64,000 nucleotides of DNA from the IMG/VR virus record IMGVR_UViG_3300017971_000203; one strand, written 5' to 3'. Positions 54,785-63,828 of this stretch are shown here, one piece after another (position 1 is the stretch's first letter; each line of letters opens with the position of its first letter). The notes below the pieces were generated by a model that saw only the letters and a list, made by a program, of their open reading frames with translations, did not search any database and was not told the DNA's origin. The translations under genes and the position numbers were made by a program. This DNA is from a virus.

Positions 54785-55020
54785 TAAACGAAAAGCGCCT
54801 GGGGTCGACACGGGCATCGGGGACCTCCACAGGAGCTTTCGCCACCCGATCCCCACGCCCATCCCAGGCGCTCTTCTATCGGACTCTCGTCCGAAGGTCT
54901 GTTCAGTTGTCACATGCGGGCATACCGCAACGCATAACGCCATCGGCGTGTCCTGTGGAGTTTTGGTGGTGGCATTGTGCGGTTTGGTCCCGGGTCGACT
55001 TCGGGACCACCCAACCGCGG
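54785..55020 (-). ncRNA. Structured 5' leader or ncRNA upstream of the replication operon
   Basis: Hairpins at 54794-54872, 54879-54894 and 54979-55018, with long-range complementary segments. Confidence 0.5.
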
Positions 55021-55030
55021 GTTTGTCGAA

Positions 55031-55060
55031 ACGCTACCAGCTCGGATCCGGAGCTGTCAA
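55031..55060 (-). promoter_or_regulatory. Promoter with dyad in the spacer, duplicated at 55586-55615
   Basis: TTGACA-GCTCCGGATCCGAGCTGG-TAGCGT; second copy TTGACA-GCTCCGGATCCTGGCTGG-TAACGC. Confidence 0.7.
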
Positions 55061-55067
55061 CTTCTTG

Positions 55068-55556
55068 TCATCCTCGGGTCCGGTAGCGGTCTTGGATCAT
55101 GGCCGCCATGTCGTTTGCGAGCTCGGCGGCGCGTTCTTTGTTGGCAGAGGGTGACTTCGCTATGTCTTTCTCTACCCATTTCGCAAGGGCACTCTGGTCT
55201 CCCATTGCCACCTTCGCCACTAGAACGGCATCCCCCTTGGTCTTGGACTTCATCAGGTGGACGCTCTTCACGCCGCGAAACGAGGATCCAGGACGGTGCG
55301 CCGTGATTGTGTCCCACACGCTGCGGTTCTTGTAAACGGCGATTTCGTTGGCCGCATCGACATAGACCGTTGCAACACTTTTCGGGATCGAACCGAATGG
55401 TTCCAGGTGCTTCCCGAGGCCAAACTTCGCGGGTCCGAGCGTGGAGGTCTTGACGGCTTTGAGCTGCACTTTCGAGGTCGTTTCGTGCAAACCACTCATG
55501 CGCTCGTACACTTGTTCCAGACTTCGACGGTGCTTTTTCCAATCTAGACTTGGCAT
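55068..55556 (-). CDS. Hypothetical basic protein
   Basis: RBS GGAGGAG; flanked by the duplicated promoter. Confidence 0.7.
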   Translation of the reverse strand: MPSLDWKKHRRSLEQVYERMSGLHETTSKVQLKAVKTSTLGPAKFGLGKHLEPFGSIPKSVATVYVDAANEIAVYKNRSVWDTITAHRPGSSFRGVKSVHLMKSKTKGDAVLVAKVAMGDQSALAKWVEKDIAKSPSANKERAAELANDMAAMIQDRYRTRG

Positions 55557-55615
55557 CGTGTTCTCCTCCGCTTATGTCCGTACAAGCGTTACCAGCCAGG
55601 ATCCGGAGCTGTCAA

Positions 55616-56038
55616 CTACTTTTCGGGTTCGTCACCCTTGCAGAGGTGAATGAAGATCTTCCTCAGAGCGTGGAATTCGATCTGGCGAATGCGTTCTCTG
55701 GAGAGGTTGAAGATCTTCCCGATTTCTTCCAGGGTCACGCCGTGTCTGTCCGCGACATCCAGAGCACAGGTCTCCTGCATATCCGGGAGCTCTGTGCAGG
55801 GAAAGCACTCCCGGAGGGATCCGCTGGCAGTCACCTCGTAGGCGAGGTGGTAGCGGCAGCTCACCCAGGGACAGGGGCGAATGCCTTTCCGGCATTGGAT
55901 CCGGTTCGTTGGTCTGATGAGGCCTTTCGGCTTGCGGTAGGATTTTTCAAAGCGGCGGGTCGTGGGAATAATCCGACCGCGGACGTGTCCGCGGCGAGTC
56001 GCACGGCCCTGAGACCGCTTCCGAATGGGCCTTTCCAT
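55616..56038 (-). CDS. Sigma70 region-4 HTH protein with Cys/His-rich N-terminal domain
   Basis: TLEEIGKIFNLSRERIRQIE; CPWVSCRYHL. Confidence 0.8.
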   Translation of the reverse strand: MERPIRKRSQGRATRRGHVRGRIIPTTRRFEKSYRKPKGLIRPTNRIQCRKGIRPCPWVSCRYHLAYEVTASGSLRECFPCTELPDMQETCALDVADRHGVTLEEIGKIFNLSRERIRQIEFHALRKIFIHLCKGDEPEK

Positions 56039-56041
56039 GGC

Positions 56042-56266
56042 TCAGTCTTTGACGCGCGCTGGTTTCGGGATGGCTCGGATGTAGAGCTCCCAGACCTCTC
56101 CTACGCCCCCGCGCGCGTGCCCGAAGAGGGGGTCGTCGAGACGCTGCTCCCAGTGGGGGAGCGCTTCCTGAGCTTTCTGCATAGTCTGGTAGGACTCCAT
56201 CAGCACTCCGCTGGAGATGCTGTCTTTCTTCCTGTGATAAATGCCGTAGCGAGTGGACTTGTTCAT
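56042..56266 (-). CDS. Hypothetical protein
   Basis: ATGA overlap with the upstream gene. Confidence 0.55.
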   Translation of the reverse strand: MNKSTRYGIYHRKKDSISSGVLMESYQTMQKAQEALPHWEQRLDDPLFGHARGGVGEVWELYIRAIPKPARVKD

Positions 56267-57567
56267 TTTGGCGGGCTATTCAGAGTCGTTTTCACGGAGC
56301 ACCAGGGACAAACGGACCCTCGTCTATGAGAGGAGCATTCAGGGCAAGGGGTGGATGTCATTATTTCTTCCACGGACCAGCCCCTCTTCGCACAATGCAG
56401 GATCTGGTACGGCACGAAAAAAGGGCATCGGTCGTCTCGAGCCCACTCTGTGATGGACTTGATTTCACCGAAAGCTACCAGGGGGTGTCCTATGTTCGAG
56501 GGTGTTGTAGCCGCTTTTTCGAAAGGCCAGTTCCTGCAAAGGCGTTCGGCAAGAGCAGTTTCAGAAACGATGACTCTGGGGTCTTCCAGCCACTCGTGAA
56601 AGGCTTTGGTTTCGCCCCAGGCTTCGATCTCGGACGTTCTACGCCTATATATACGGGGCCGCTTGGAAGCCGAGGACCCGGGTCGGCGACCGCGCGGTTG
56701 AGCTTTCATAGCCTGTTCCAGGGGCTCGCCGGCTTTCAATTTCCTCCGAAGGGTATTCTCGGTAATTTCACATCGAGGGTCTTCGACCCACTCTCGGAGG
56801 GTTCTCTCTTCACCAAAGGCTTTCCATTTACGAGGGGTTCTGCCTTTCTGGGGAGGAGCAAGCAAGGCTTCTCCTCGGAGTCCTTTTCGAAAGCGGTTTT
56901 GTATGGTGGTGTGACTCACATGGGCGCGGGGGTCCCGCGCCCAATCCAGAGCCGTTTTTGATTCCCCAAAGGCTTCGTACAATGGCGCTGTGCGTTTCTG
57001 GACGTTCGGTTCGAAGGAACGCTTTTTAAGCAGAGCTTCCCCTTTCAGACCTTCTTTGAGGCGGTTCCTGACGGTCCTTTGCGAAACTTCGCATCGGGGA
57101 TCTCCGGCCCATTCCTCGGCGGTCTTCTGTTCTCCGAAAATTTCATACAGCGGGCTTTTCCGTCTCGGTACGCGCTTCAGTAGAGCCTCGCCCTCTACAC
57201 CCTCTCGGAGACGATCTCGGATGGACTTCTGTAACACTTCACACCGAGGGTCCCTTGTCCATTCCTTGATGGTTTTTCGTTCTCCAAAAATCTCCACGAT
57301 TTGGGTGGTTCTGCGTCTGACCAGGTCTGTCCCGGTGATACCTTTTCGGAGTCTTCGTATGAGGAGATCGAGGTTGACCTGGCATCGAGGGTCCTCTGCC
57401 CATTCTTTTAGGGCTTTGGCTTCTCCGAAGACTTCGACCACAGAGTTTTCTTCAAGGGTGCTCTCTGGTTTGTCGACATACGATAGGGCCGCATCGTAAG
57501 TGACGAACAAGCGTCCGTTCGCTTTCCAACGGATCACCTTTTCAATTTTCGATTTGGTGGTTTTCAT
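56263..57567 (-). CDS. Tandem-repeat DNA-binding-like protein (7 modules) with C-terminal zinc finger
   Basis: Seven FGE.K...EW..DPR...RL..G repeats; CPEC...CPWC. Confidence 0.75.
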   Translation of the reverse strand: MKTTKSKIEKVIRWKANGRLFVTYDAALSYVDKPESTLEENSVVEVFGEAKALKEWAEDPRCQVNLDLLIRRLRKGITGTDLVRRRTTQIVEIFGERKTIKEWTRDPRCEVLQKSIRDRLREGVEGEALLKRVPRRKSPLYEIFGEQKTAEEWAGDPRCEVSQRTVRNRLKEGLKGEALLKKRSFEPNVQKRTAPLYEAFGESKTALDWARDPRAHVSHTTIQNRFRKGLRGEALLAPPQKGRTPRKWKAFGEERTLREWVEDPRCEITENTLRRKLKAGEPLEQAMKAQPRGRRPGSSASKRPRIYRRRTSEIEAWGETKAFHEWLEDPRVIVSETALAERLCRNWPFEKAATTPSNIGHPLVAFGEIKSITEWARDDRCPFFVPYQILHCAKRGWSVEEIMTSTPCPECSSHRRGSVCPWCSVKTTLNSPPK

Positions 57568-59708
57568 CGTCGTACCAGGTAACTGATGAAGCTGTTGGAG
57601 ACCAGCTTGATGAGGTCTCTGCCGAGGGATTCCGGGCTGACCCTCTTCCAGAGCTTGCTCGGACCGAACATCTTCCGCATGTCTTCAGGGGTCAGGTCGT
57701 AGCGGAGCTCTCTCCGCTGCCCCCACCCCAGGTAGGATCCAACAAAGACCGTCGTGACGTGTACACCTCTGCTGCGGGCCTTGGAGACGGTCTGGGCGAC
57801 GTAGCGCTTCAGCTGGTCGGTGCTGTAGCTGCGGCCCTTCCAGGACTGGAAGTAGGGCATCCCGTCCGTTAGGACAATCAGATGTCGGTCCTGGGAGCTG
57901 TCCTGGAGCTGTCGGACTGCGAGGCGCAAAGCGATGTGGAGCGGGGTGCTACCCTTGACGAAAGCCCGCACGGAGGGGTCCGTTTCCAGGCGATTGTAGC
58001 GGAAGAGGTTCACCGTCCCTCCGCTGGGAGAAGAGAACCCCCAGACACGCACGTCGCAGAAGGGGAACCGAAGAGCTCGGGTGATGATGCGAGCCGCTCT
58101 CTCGACCTGTTCAGCCTTATCTCCCATCATGCTCGAGGAGAGGTCCACCAGGACGATGGCTTCGAAGCCCATCCCACGTTCTTCGTGGGAGAAACAGTCG
58201 ATCGGGGTCTTGCTCACCCTTCGTTGGATGTGGGCCTGTACGTCGGCTTCGGTGCCCGTGTCCCGCAGAGAGAACTTCCGGCGTCCGAGGACGCGCATGA
58301 AGGTAGCCCGCAAGCGCTTCACTGCGGTTCGGTCTTCGGGGGCCAGGGGGACCACCATGGTGGATTTCGGAATGTCGACGAAGTCCACCTTTGCCCGGGC
58401 GTCCTTTTTCAGCCACTCGTCTCGTTCTACGATGGGAGTCTTCGCCAGGGAGACCAGGGCTTTGTCGACCAGGTGCTCGGTGTCCTTCTGCGAACGGGCC
58501 AGAGCCCTCTCGACCAGATCGCCTTTGTTGATGTTGGCGTTAGTGATGCTCCCGGCGAGGCCCCGGGACTTCGCCTTCTTCCAGTCCGGCGTGTATTCGT
58601 CGGATTGCACCGAATTCATCGACTGCTCGGCTCTCTGAGGGAGCTCCCCGAGGCGATCAAGGAGGTCGCTCAGCGCCTGTGCGCGCGTCTGAAGGTTCGC
58701 AGACACAGGGGGAGGTTCCCATGGTTTCTGCTCTTCGGGGTCCTCCTCGGGGCTCTCCGGGCTCTCTTCGGGTTCTTTTTCGTCTTCTTCCGAGGGCTCG
58801 GACTCCCCCGACTCTCCGTTCTCTTCGTCTTCGCCCTCGGAGTCGCCCTCTGGGCTCTCCTGGTCGCCGGGATCCCCGGTTCCCCCGCCTCCTTCCCCTT
58901 CTTCTTTTTCTTGGTTTTCGTCACCGTCCTTGTCGGGGTCTTCATCCCCGCCCAACCCCAGCATCATGGAGAGAAACTCTTCGGCTTCGTTCGGGCTCAT
59001 GCCCTGGGAGTCCGGCGGGTCTTCTCCCTTGGATTCACGGATGAGCTCGTTCACGAGCTTCGTGATCAACCACTTCGCGATCAACAGGGTGGCGTCGAAG
59101 CCGCGGCGTTCGACCTTCTTCATGGCCTCCACGAAGTAGGGACGGAAGCGTTCGAGATGTTCGACTTTGATCTCGTCCACCCCGAGGCTCAAGAGCAGGA
59201 AGTATCCGAGGAGGTTCTCGTCTTCTCCTCTGGAGAGGAGCTTCTCGGCATCCACGATGTCCAGGAGTCGCAGGTGTAGATAGTTCCCCGGGTAGAGGAG
59301 TCCCCACAGGGACGTCACGCGGTACACTTCCAGGATGTTGACCAGTGTTCGGAGCTTCTGAGCCAGGAGCGCGTCATCGATGTTGATATGAGCTTTCCGG
59401 GCGTACTCAGAGGCACGCTTCGTGTAGGCGAACAGGAAGGCGTCTCGAGCGTCGGGATCCGTACCGAACAGGATGTGCGACAGCTGCCTGGCGACGCGGA
59501 GGTACACTTCGGGATCGTTGAACGGAACCGTGATGACATTGAAGGTCGAAGAGGGCACTCCTGGTTTGCTTTTCAGGTAGAGCTTCCGACCGACGATGCC
59601 GCCGAAGGTGTGGACGGTCTTGTAGCAGATGTCCAGCTCCTGCTGTATCTGCTGCTCCTCTTCCGGGGAGCGGAACTTGTGAGCTCTGCCGAGGCGGGGC
59701 ATGACCAT
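57564..59708 (-). CDS. CobT/NorD-like VWA-domain protein
   Basis: MIDAS motif DLSSSM...GSTP...LTDG; long acidic linker. Confidence 0.85.
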   Translation of the reverse strand: MVMPRLGRAHKFRSPEEEQQIQQELDICYKTVHTFGGIVGRKLYLKSKPGVPSSTFNVITVPFNDPEVYLRVARQLSHILFGTDPDARDAFLFAYTKRASEYARKAHINIDDALLAQKLRTLVNILEVYRVTSLWGLLYPGNYLHLRLLDIVDAEKLLSRGEDENLLGYFLLLSLGVDEIKVEHLERFRPYFVEAMKKVERRGFDATLLIAKWLITKLVNELIRESKGEDPPDSQGMSPNEAEEFLSMMLGLGGDEDPDKDGDENQEKEEGEGGGGTGDPGDQESPEGDSEGEDEENGESGESEPSEEDEKEPEESPESPEEDPEEQKPWEPPPVSANLQTRAQALSDLLDRLGELPQRAEQSMNSVQSDEYTPDWKKAKSRGLAGSITNANINKGDLVERALARSQKDTEHLVDKALVSLAKTPIVERDEWLKKDARAKVDFVDIPKSTMVVPLAPEDRTAVKRLRATFMRVLGRRKFSLRDTGTEADVQAHIQRRVSKTPIDCFSHEERGMGFEAIVLVDLSSSMMGDKAEQVERAARIITRALRFPFCDVRVWGFSSPSGGTVNLFRYNRLETDPSVRAFVKGSTPLHIALRLAVRQLQDSSQDRHLIVLTDGMPYFQSWKGRSYSTDQLKRYVAQTVSKARSRGVHVTTVFVGSYLGWGQRRELRYDLTPEDMRKMFGPSKLWKRVSPESLGRDLIKLVSNSFISYLVRR

Positions 59709-59710
59709 GC

Positions 59711-60574
59711 CTACTTCCTCCCAGCCTTGGCTTTGGGCTTCTCTTTCACGACCACGACGCCGAAGATGTCCTTGATCCATCTTCCCACAGTCCGGCGGTC
59801 GTCGTCATCGAACTTGCCGGAAAGAATCCAGAGGGCCCGTTTCGCCCCGAGCCTGCTGAAGTGCATGCCCAGCTGCACGAGGTCCCGCGTGGACAGGGCG
59901 TAGTCGATCTCCCCCTTCCGGGTATGCTGCGCCAGACGGAGCATCGAGTTCACCACCTTGTTATCGAGGCAAGGACCGTCTTTGACGAGCACGGCCTCCA
60001 GGATGGTCTCTTCGCGTTCGGGATAATCGAGGGGAATGAGGTGGAAGCGACTCTTCAGGTCTTCGTTGAGTTGATACGTGCCGCCATAGACCGCGGTATT
60101 CATCGTACCGACCACCCAGAGCTTGGCCTTCCCGTGCAGCCGGAACACCCGCTTTGCTTCGGGTACTTCGATCTTCTTGCGGAAATCGGAGGCGGGGTTC
60201 AGCACCTTCTGCATCTGCGGCGTCAGAGCGTTGACCTCTTCCAGGCAGAGGATGCAGTGCCCGCACTCGTTCGCGATCTCGAACGCTGTGGTGAGAGGTC
60301 CTAGAACGAAAGGCGTCTCATCACCCCGGATGATGAAGTTGCCGAGCAGGTGAGAGCGTCGCACGTCTTCGGAGCAGTCGAACGTGACAATGGGGTACTT
60401 GTGTGTGTAGGCGAAGGTGGCGACCGAGAGGGACTTCCCGATGCCCTTGGGCCCCACCAGGATGACGTTCGCTTCGAACGAGAGCTGTTCGTGCACTCCG
60501 AGCAGGTCATGAACGTCCAGGTACAGGGGGGCCTTCAGGGGCATGTATTCTTCGGTGGGCAATCGTTCGATCAT
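59711..60574 (-). CDS. MoxR/CbbQ-family AAA+ ATPase
   Basis: GPKGIGKS, LCLEEVN, GTMN...YGGTYQLNEDLKSRF and STR motifs. Confidence 0.9.
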   Translation of the reverse strand: MIERLPTEEYMPLKAPLYLDVHDLLGVHEQLSFEANVILVGPKGIGKSLSVATFAYTHKYPIVTFDCSEDVRRSHLLGNFIIRGDETPFVLGPLTTAFEIANECGHCILCLEEVNALTPQMQKVLNPASDFRKKIEVPEAKRVFRLHGKAKLWVVGTMNTAVYGGTYQLNEDLKSRFHLIPLDYPEREETILEAVLVKDGPCLDNKVVNSMLRLAQHTRKGEIDYALSTRDLVQLGMHFSRLGAKRALWILSGKFDDDDRRTVGRWIKDIFGVVVVKEKPKAKAGRK

Positions 60575-60576
60575 AG

Positions 60577-61059
60577 CTATCCCTCCTGGGTGATGCTGGT
60601 GATGCGTCTCTTCAGGTTCCTCGACGGGGTCACTTTCAGAGCTTCGCTCTGTTTGTGCAAGGCGACCACGTCTTCTCTTTCGAGCTTTCCGATTTCGATC
60701 AGGTACTCGATCTTCGAAGGGTTCATCTGCAGGGTGCGCACGACGTCGAAAGCCTCCTGGAGCTCGATGCCTTCTTCGTCCAGCTTGTCTCGGAGCGCGT
60801 TCACGTCCGGCAGCTTCGACACACGGAGCTGCTTTTCTACCGTGAGCTCTCCTATGTCTAGCGCCCGCCCGGTCTTCGTGTGGAAGCCCTCTTCAGTGGC
60901 TTCCAGGAGGCCGTTCCGAAGGCTCTTCAGACGCTTGGTGCACAGGTCCGACAGCGCCTTGAGCGCCACGTGGTAGACCGCGGTCTCCCGCAGGTCCTCC
61001 GGGGGCGTCTGGAACAGTGTCAGTGCCATCGCTTCCTTCAACAGTTCTTCGGCAGTCAT
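60577..61059 (-). CDS. Hypothetical protein
   Basis: Start MTAEELL after GAGGAG; promoter TTGACA-17-TAGCGT (61088-61116). Confidence 0.65.
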   Translation of the reverse strand: MTAEELLKEAMALTLFQTPPEDLRETAVYHVALKALSDLCTKRLKSLRNGLLEATEEGFHTKTGRALDIGELTVEKQLRVSKLPDVNALRDKLDEEGIELQEAFDVVRTLQMNPSKIEYLIEIGKLEREDVVALHKQSEALKVTPSRNLKRRITSITQEG

Positions 61060-61223
61060 TGTCGCTCCTCGGGCTTGTTGCAAAGGGACGCTATCAGGAC
61101 ATGCCTCGATTGTCAAGGTGTGGATCGTCCGATCCAGATCAAGAAAGTGCATCGAATTGTCCCGAAAGGCACCTTCACCAGCATGAAGGGTAGAGACCCT
61201 TTGGTATGCTGTAAGGAGGCCTC

Positions 61224-61511
61224 GTGAGACCTTGGAAAGACCGGATACAGGACCCGGAGGTACGAATGCGTTTCGAGATGGCGGACAGGATGGAACGGGA
61301 CAAGTCTTTCGTGGTCCGCCCCATGCGAGCATGCGAGCGCGATCCCGATGCGTCCAGGATGGTAGTGATCTCACCGCCCAAGCACGAGATGCCTGTGGAC
61401 GTTCGCCTGGAGCAACTACAGAACTATCGCTATGTCCCCATGAGGTACCGGAACGAACTATGGTACGCCCCCGGGAGGGTCCCAGGGAGACCTTTCATGG
61501 ACGATGGTTAG
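61224..61511 (+). CDS. Hypothetical protein (divergent)
   Basis: Strong RBS AAGGAGG before GTG. Confidence 0.55.
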   Translation: MRPWKDRIQDPEVRMRFEMADRMERDKSFVVRPMRACERDPDASRMVVISPPKHEMPVDVRLEQLQNYRYVPMRYRNELWYAPGRVPGRPFMDDG

Positions 61512-61950
61512 CGCCCCCCTGATAGTACTGCTGGGCGTAGTAGGAGCACTGGGGCGCCTGTCCCGAGCTCCAATGGCAGGGCTTCCCTGCTGTTTTCGGG
61601 TTGGCGCAGGTCCCGCGGCACTGGTTCGGGCCGAGGTGCCCGGGAAAGATCCTTCTCAGCCAAGCGCAGGAGTGTTCGGTTACTCGAGGTGCGTCGAAGA
61701 GGGTCCGCTGGTCGTTGTTCAAGTCGGGCTCGGACTGCTCCTGTCGCCCCAAATCTTGAGGGGGGCCGATCCGGAGCCGCTGTCGCACGACCTCTGGCGG
61801 AAGGGCTGCGATCAGGACTTCCCGGGCCCAGCCCGATAGGGACTTCCCCTGGTTGCGAGCCCAGGCCTCGAAGAGATCCCGTTCATCGTCGCTGAGGGAG
61901 ATCACGATCTGGGGGCGATTCGTTCCCTGGTCTTCGGTTTCGTTACTCAT
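61495..61950 (-). CDS. Ribbon-helix-helix-like protein with Cys cluster
   Basis: QIVISLSDDER..FEAWA...KSLSGWAREVL pattern. Confidence 0.55.
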   Translation of the reverse strand: MSNETEDQGTNRPQIVISLSDDERDLFEAWARNQGKSLSGWAREVLIAALPPEVVRQRLRIGPPQDLGRQEQSEPDLNNDQRTLFDAPRVTEHSCAWLRRIFPGHLGPNQCRGTCANPKTAGKPCHWSSGQAPQCSYYAQQYYQGGANHRP

Positions 61951-62218
61951 CAGGAACCTCTCCAATAATCCGCGCAGCCTCCGCATCTTTCTGCCCTTGT
62001 TGCATTCCAGCCGCGAAGGCTCGGGCTCGTTCGTTTCGAAGGTGCTTCTTCGCGAGCTCGCAGTGGTCGAAATATTCGCACGAGAAGCACGCGGAGACTG
62101 CTTTCATCTCCTGGCACTTCTCCACATGCCGCTTCGTGAACTCCACCTCGAACTGGACGGAGCCCCGCTTCAGTCCGCGCAGGTTGAGCTCGAATTCGAT
62201 GTCTTCAAGAACACTCAC
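61943..62218 (-). CDS. Cys-rich hypothetical protein
   Basis: C......CFSC....C; tiles the operon. Confidence 0.55.
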   Translation of the reverse strand: MSVLEDIEFELNLRGLKRGSVQFEVEFTKRHVEKCQEMKAVSACFSCEYFDHCELAKKHLRNERARAFAAGMQQGQKDAEAARIIGEVPDE

Positions 62219-62429
62219 TGCCGAGCTCCTCCAATATGAGCTCCGGGGAACGCACAGCTCGAAGAAAGCACACCCTGTGCATTACACCCCAGTGAGGACC
62301 GGATACGAGGAGCTTGCCCCCTTGCATCTCGAGCTCTCCCATGGACACGCTGGCTACCTGTTCCCCTCCGGCGAGGGTCTCACCACAGCCGGCGCAGCGG
62401 TGGAGCTTCTTCTGTCGTCTCGTGGCCAT
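62205..62429 (-). CDS. Small zinc-binding protein
   Basis: CAGC...HRVC; RBS GGAGG. Confidence 0.5.
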   Translation of the reverse strand: MATRRQKKLHRCAGCGETLAGGEQVASVSMGELEMQGGKLLVSGPHWGVMHRVCFLRAVRSPELILEELGSECS

Positions 62430-62431
62430 CG

Positions 62432-63031
62432 CTACCTCCAAGTATGCAGCCCCAGGCACCGCATCACCGCTTGCAAGTCCTCCCAGGTGTCGCGCTTCGC
62501 TGGTGTGTACCGCAACAGATACGCGGGGTGGTAGGTGACACGAAGAGGTAACCCTTCCCAGGTGTGCCACTCCTCCCGCAGCTTCGAAATGGATTGGTTG
62601 GTCCCGAGGAGAGCTTGCGCGGCAGCGCCACCGAGAGCCACGAGGACAGGTGGACGCACCGCATCGAGCTGTCCGAGTAGGATTGGATGACAGGCTTCCT
62701 GCTCTTGGACAGACGGCGTTCTGTTCCCAGGGGGCCTGCAGCAGACAGTGTTGCAGATGTAGACGTCGCCCCGGCTCAGCCCCATCGCTCGGATCATTTT
62801 CCCGAGGAGCTTCCCGGAGGGCCCGACAAAGGGCACACCTTGATCGTCCTCTCGAGCCCCGGGCGCTTCACCCACGAACGCCAACTGCGGCGTCTTGGAA
62901 CCAACACCGAAGACAACGTTCTTCCGACCCTCGTGGAGGACACATCGCGTACACGCCTGCGCCCGCGCGCGAAGCGTGCCGAGGTCCAGTGTCCCTATGG
63001 AGCCGGGTTCGCGGAAAAGCGATCCCTGCAT
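62432..63031 (-). CDS. Uracil-DNA glycosylase family 4
   Basis: CTRC.L, GEAPG, PFVGPSG, CRPPGNR and YHPAYLLR motifs. Confidence 0.93.
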   Translation of the reverse strand: MQGSLFREPGSIGTLDLGTLRARAQACTRCVLHEGRKNVVFGVGSKTPQLAFVGEAPGAREDDQGVPFVGPSGKLLGKMIRAMGLSRGDVYICNTVCCRPPGNRTPSVQEQEACHPILLGQLDAVRPPVLVALGGAAAQALLGTNQSISKLREEWHTWEGLPLRVTYHPAYLLRYTPAKRDTWEDLQAVMRCLGLHTWR

Positions 63032-63224
63032 CAGCCGTTCAAGGGCTTTTTCGGTTGTGGTCGACTGTCGAGCAGCTTCTCTTTCGGCTCGGTGTCGCCG
63101 ATGACCTCGCGGATCATCGGAGGTCGTTTCGGCTTCGGCTTCGGCTGCTTCGGGTCGTTCTCGTTCATGTCGTCCCCTCGGAGTCCCTGGTCACACTCTG
63201 TATAATCAGGGCGGAGGGGGATTG

Positions 63225-63548
63225 TCAAATCAGAGCTCTGTAGGCTTCACACTCTTCGAGGCGCTCTTCCAGCCAGGAGGGGCCGAAAAAACGCACGATG
63301 CTGTCTTTCCACCACTCCTCCGAGAACGTGAAGATCCGCAAGGACTCCATGAGCTCCGAGAAGTAGAGCCTGGGCCCCAACGGCTCGAGCTCCTTTTCCT
63401 TCCGTTTCTCCAACCAGTCAGGGTAGAACTGGAAGACGTTTTTCACCCAGTAGGGAATGAAAACGTGTGTTGGGCAGGACTCCCATGTGTCGCACGGGAG
63501 GGGTACGTGGATGTCTCCGACAATTAGTTGCCAACGTTCTTCTTTCAT
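63225..63548 (-). CDS. Hypothetical protein
   Basis: Tiles the operon; start MKEERW. Confidence 0.5.
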   Translation of the reverse strand: MKEERWQLIVGDIHVPLPCDTWESCPTHVFIPYWVKNVFQFYPDWLEKRKEKELEPLGPRLYFSELMESLRIFTFSEEWWKDSIVRFFGPSWLEERLEECEAYRALI

Positions 63549-63552
63549 GTCT

Positions 63553-63828
63553 TCAGTAGCCACGGAGAGAGTCGTAGATGCGCCCGGCGTACATCTTGGC
63601 CATTTCGACGGCTTTCTCTCTGGAGACGGGATTGCCCTCCGCATCGGTAGCCCTGAAGCGAGGACGGTCTTCGGTGCTCTTGTAGCGGATCTCCCACCAA
63701 TCGCCGTTCGACCTCTTTCGAAGTGTCACCCAGGCTTCGCCGAGGACTGTGTCCACCGGGATCGGTTTCGTGACGATTGCTTTCTTCGGGGACAAGGTGT
63801 CGGGGTCCATGATTTCGTTGCGTCTCAT
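63553..63828 (-). CDS. Hypothetical protein
   Basis: ATGA overlap with the phosphatase stop. Confidence 0.55.
   Translation of the reverse strand: MRRNEIMDPDTLSPKKAIVTKPIPVDTVLGEAWVTLRKRSNGDWWEIRYKSTEDRPRFRATDAEGNPVSREKAVEMAKMYAGRIYDSLRGY

Noticed and set aside
760-59279. Long plus-strand ORFs (e.g. 760-1704, 15399-17015, 26837-28693, 36306-38234, 57882-59279)
   Set aside because: Antisense shadows of well-supported minus-strand genes in GC-rich DNA; no motifs.
57564-60574. MoxR ATPase + VWA pair as a novel system
   Set aside because: Common, well-known pairing in large phages.
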